From Camelus ferus (Eukaryota): 64,000 nucleotides of DNA. Positions 63,750 through 64,000 of the stretch are shown one piece after another; within the stretch, counting starts at the first letter, position 1; each line of letters starts with the position of its first letter. Both the position numbers and the translations under genes were made by a program. The stretch is from assembly GCF_009834535.1 (NCBI RefSeq), contig NC_045697.1, positions 5,582,001 to 5,646,000 on the forward strand, given 5' to 3'. The notes below the pieces were generated by a model that was not told the origin of the DNA, searched no databases, and worked only from the letters and a program-made list of their open reading frames with translations.

Positions 63750-64000
63750 AATTTTAACCCCTTTCAAATACGTTGGATGATCTTAGTGTCCATTCAATAC
63801 CCTCCCCACCCTTTTTTTTGAGCACTAGTTAGATAGTTTCTGTTCAAGAGAACCTTAACTAATCTAGGTGTATACATGAGCTAGTTGTGTTTGGTTATTG
63901 GTACGCATTTCAGTCCCAGATTTAAGATTTTTCGGTACATAGCTGATGTAATGTACGGATATCCTGTCACTCAGGTTTAAAGGCACCTGCCACACGGGTT

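Larger units (their letters stand above)
33240..64000 (+). other. STX18: STX18 intron 1 (partial)
   Basis: Starts at the GT donor; no sequence encoding the expected exon-2 peptide (ISHIGKLRDFLLEHRK..., recalled from human) found by eye. Confidence 0.8.

Overview
Mammalian genomic DNA, very likely camelid because it carries Vic-1-type tRNA-derived SINEs and a young lineage-specific L1. The only supportable coding feature is exon 1 of syntaxin-18 (STX18; ATG 33072, donor after 33239) in a CpG-island promoter. About 31 kb of intron 1 follows, and exon 2 was not found. The upstream 33 kb is repeat-rich (L1, L2, L3/CR1, MIR, MaLR/ERVL/ERV1 LTRs, hAT DNA transposons) and has a second, orphan CpG island at ~8.2-8.7 kb. 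Most notable structures: (i) a TSD-bounded SINE-head/L1-tail chimera inside a MIR; (ii) an intronic quasi-palindrome of two dissimilar L1 3' ends sharing a perfect 73-bp inverted core; (iii) a solo LTR with a 23-24 bp CCAAT array, two octamers, TATA and poly(A) signal; (iv) a MER41-like solo LTR with overlapping STAT-like/NF-kB motifs and a 26-bp micro-insertion; (v) a template-switch-like triple repeat. Repeat families were recognised by eye from remembered consensus sequences; boundaries without TSDs are approximate. No prokaryotic system, CRISPR array or new protein-coding gene is supported.
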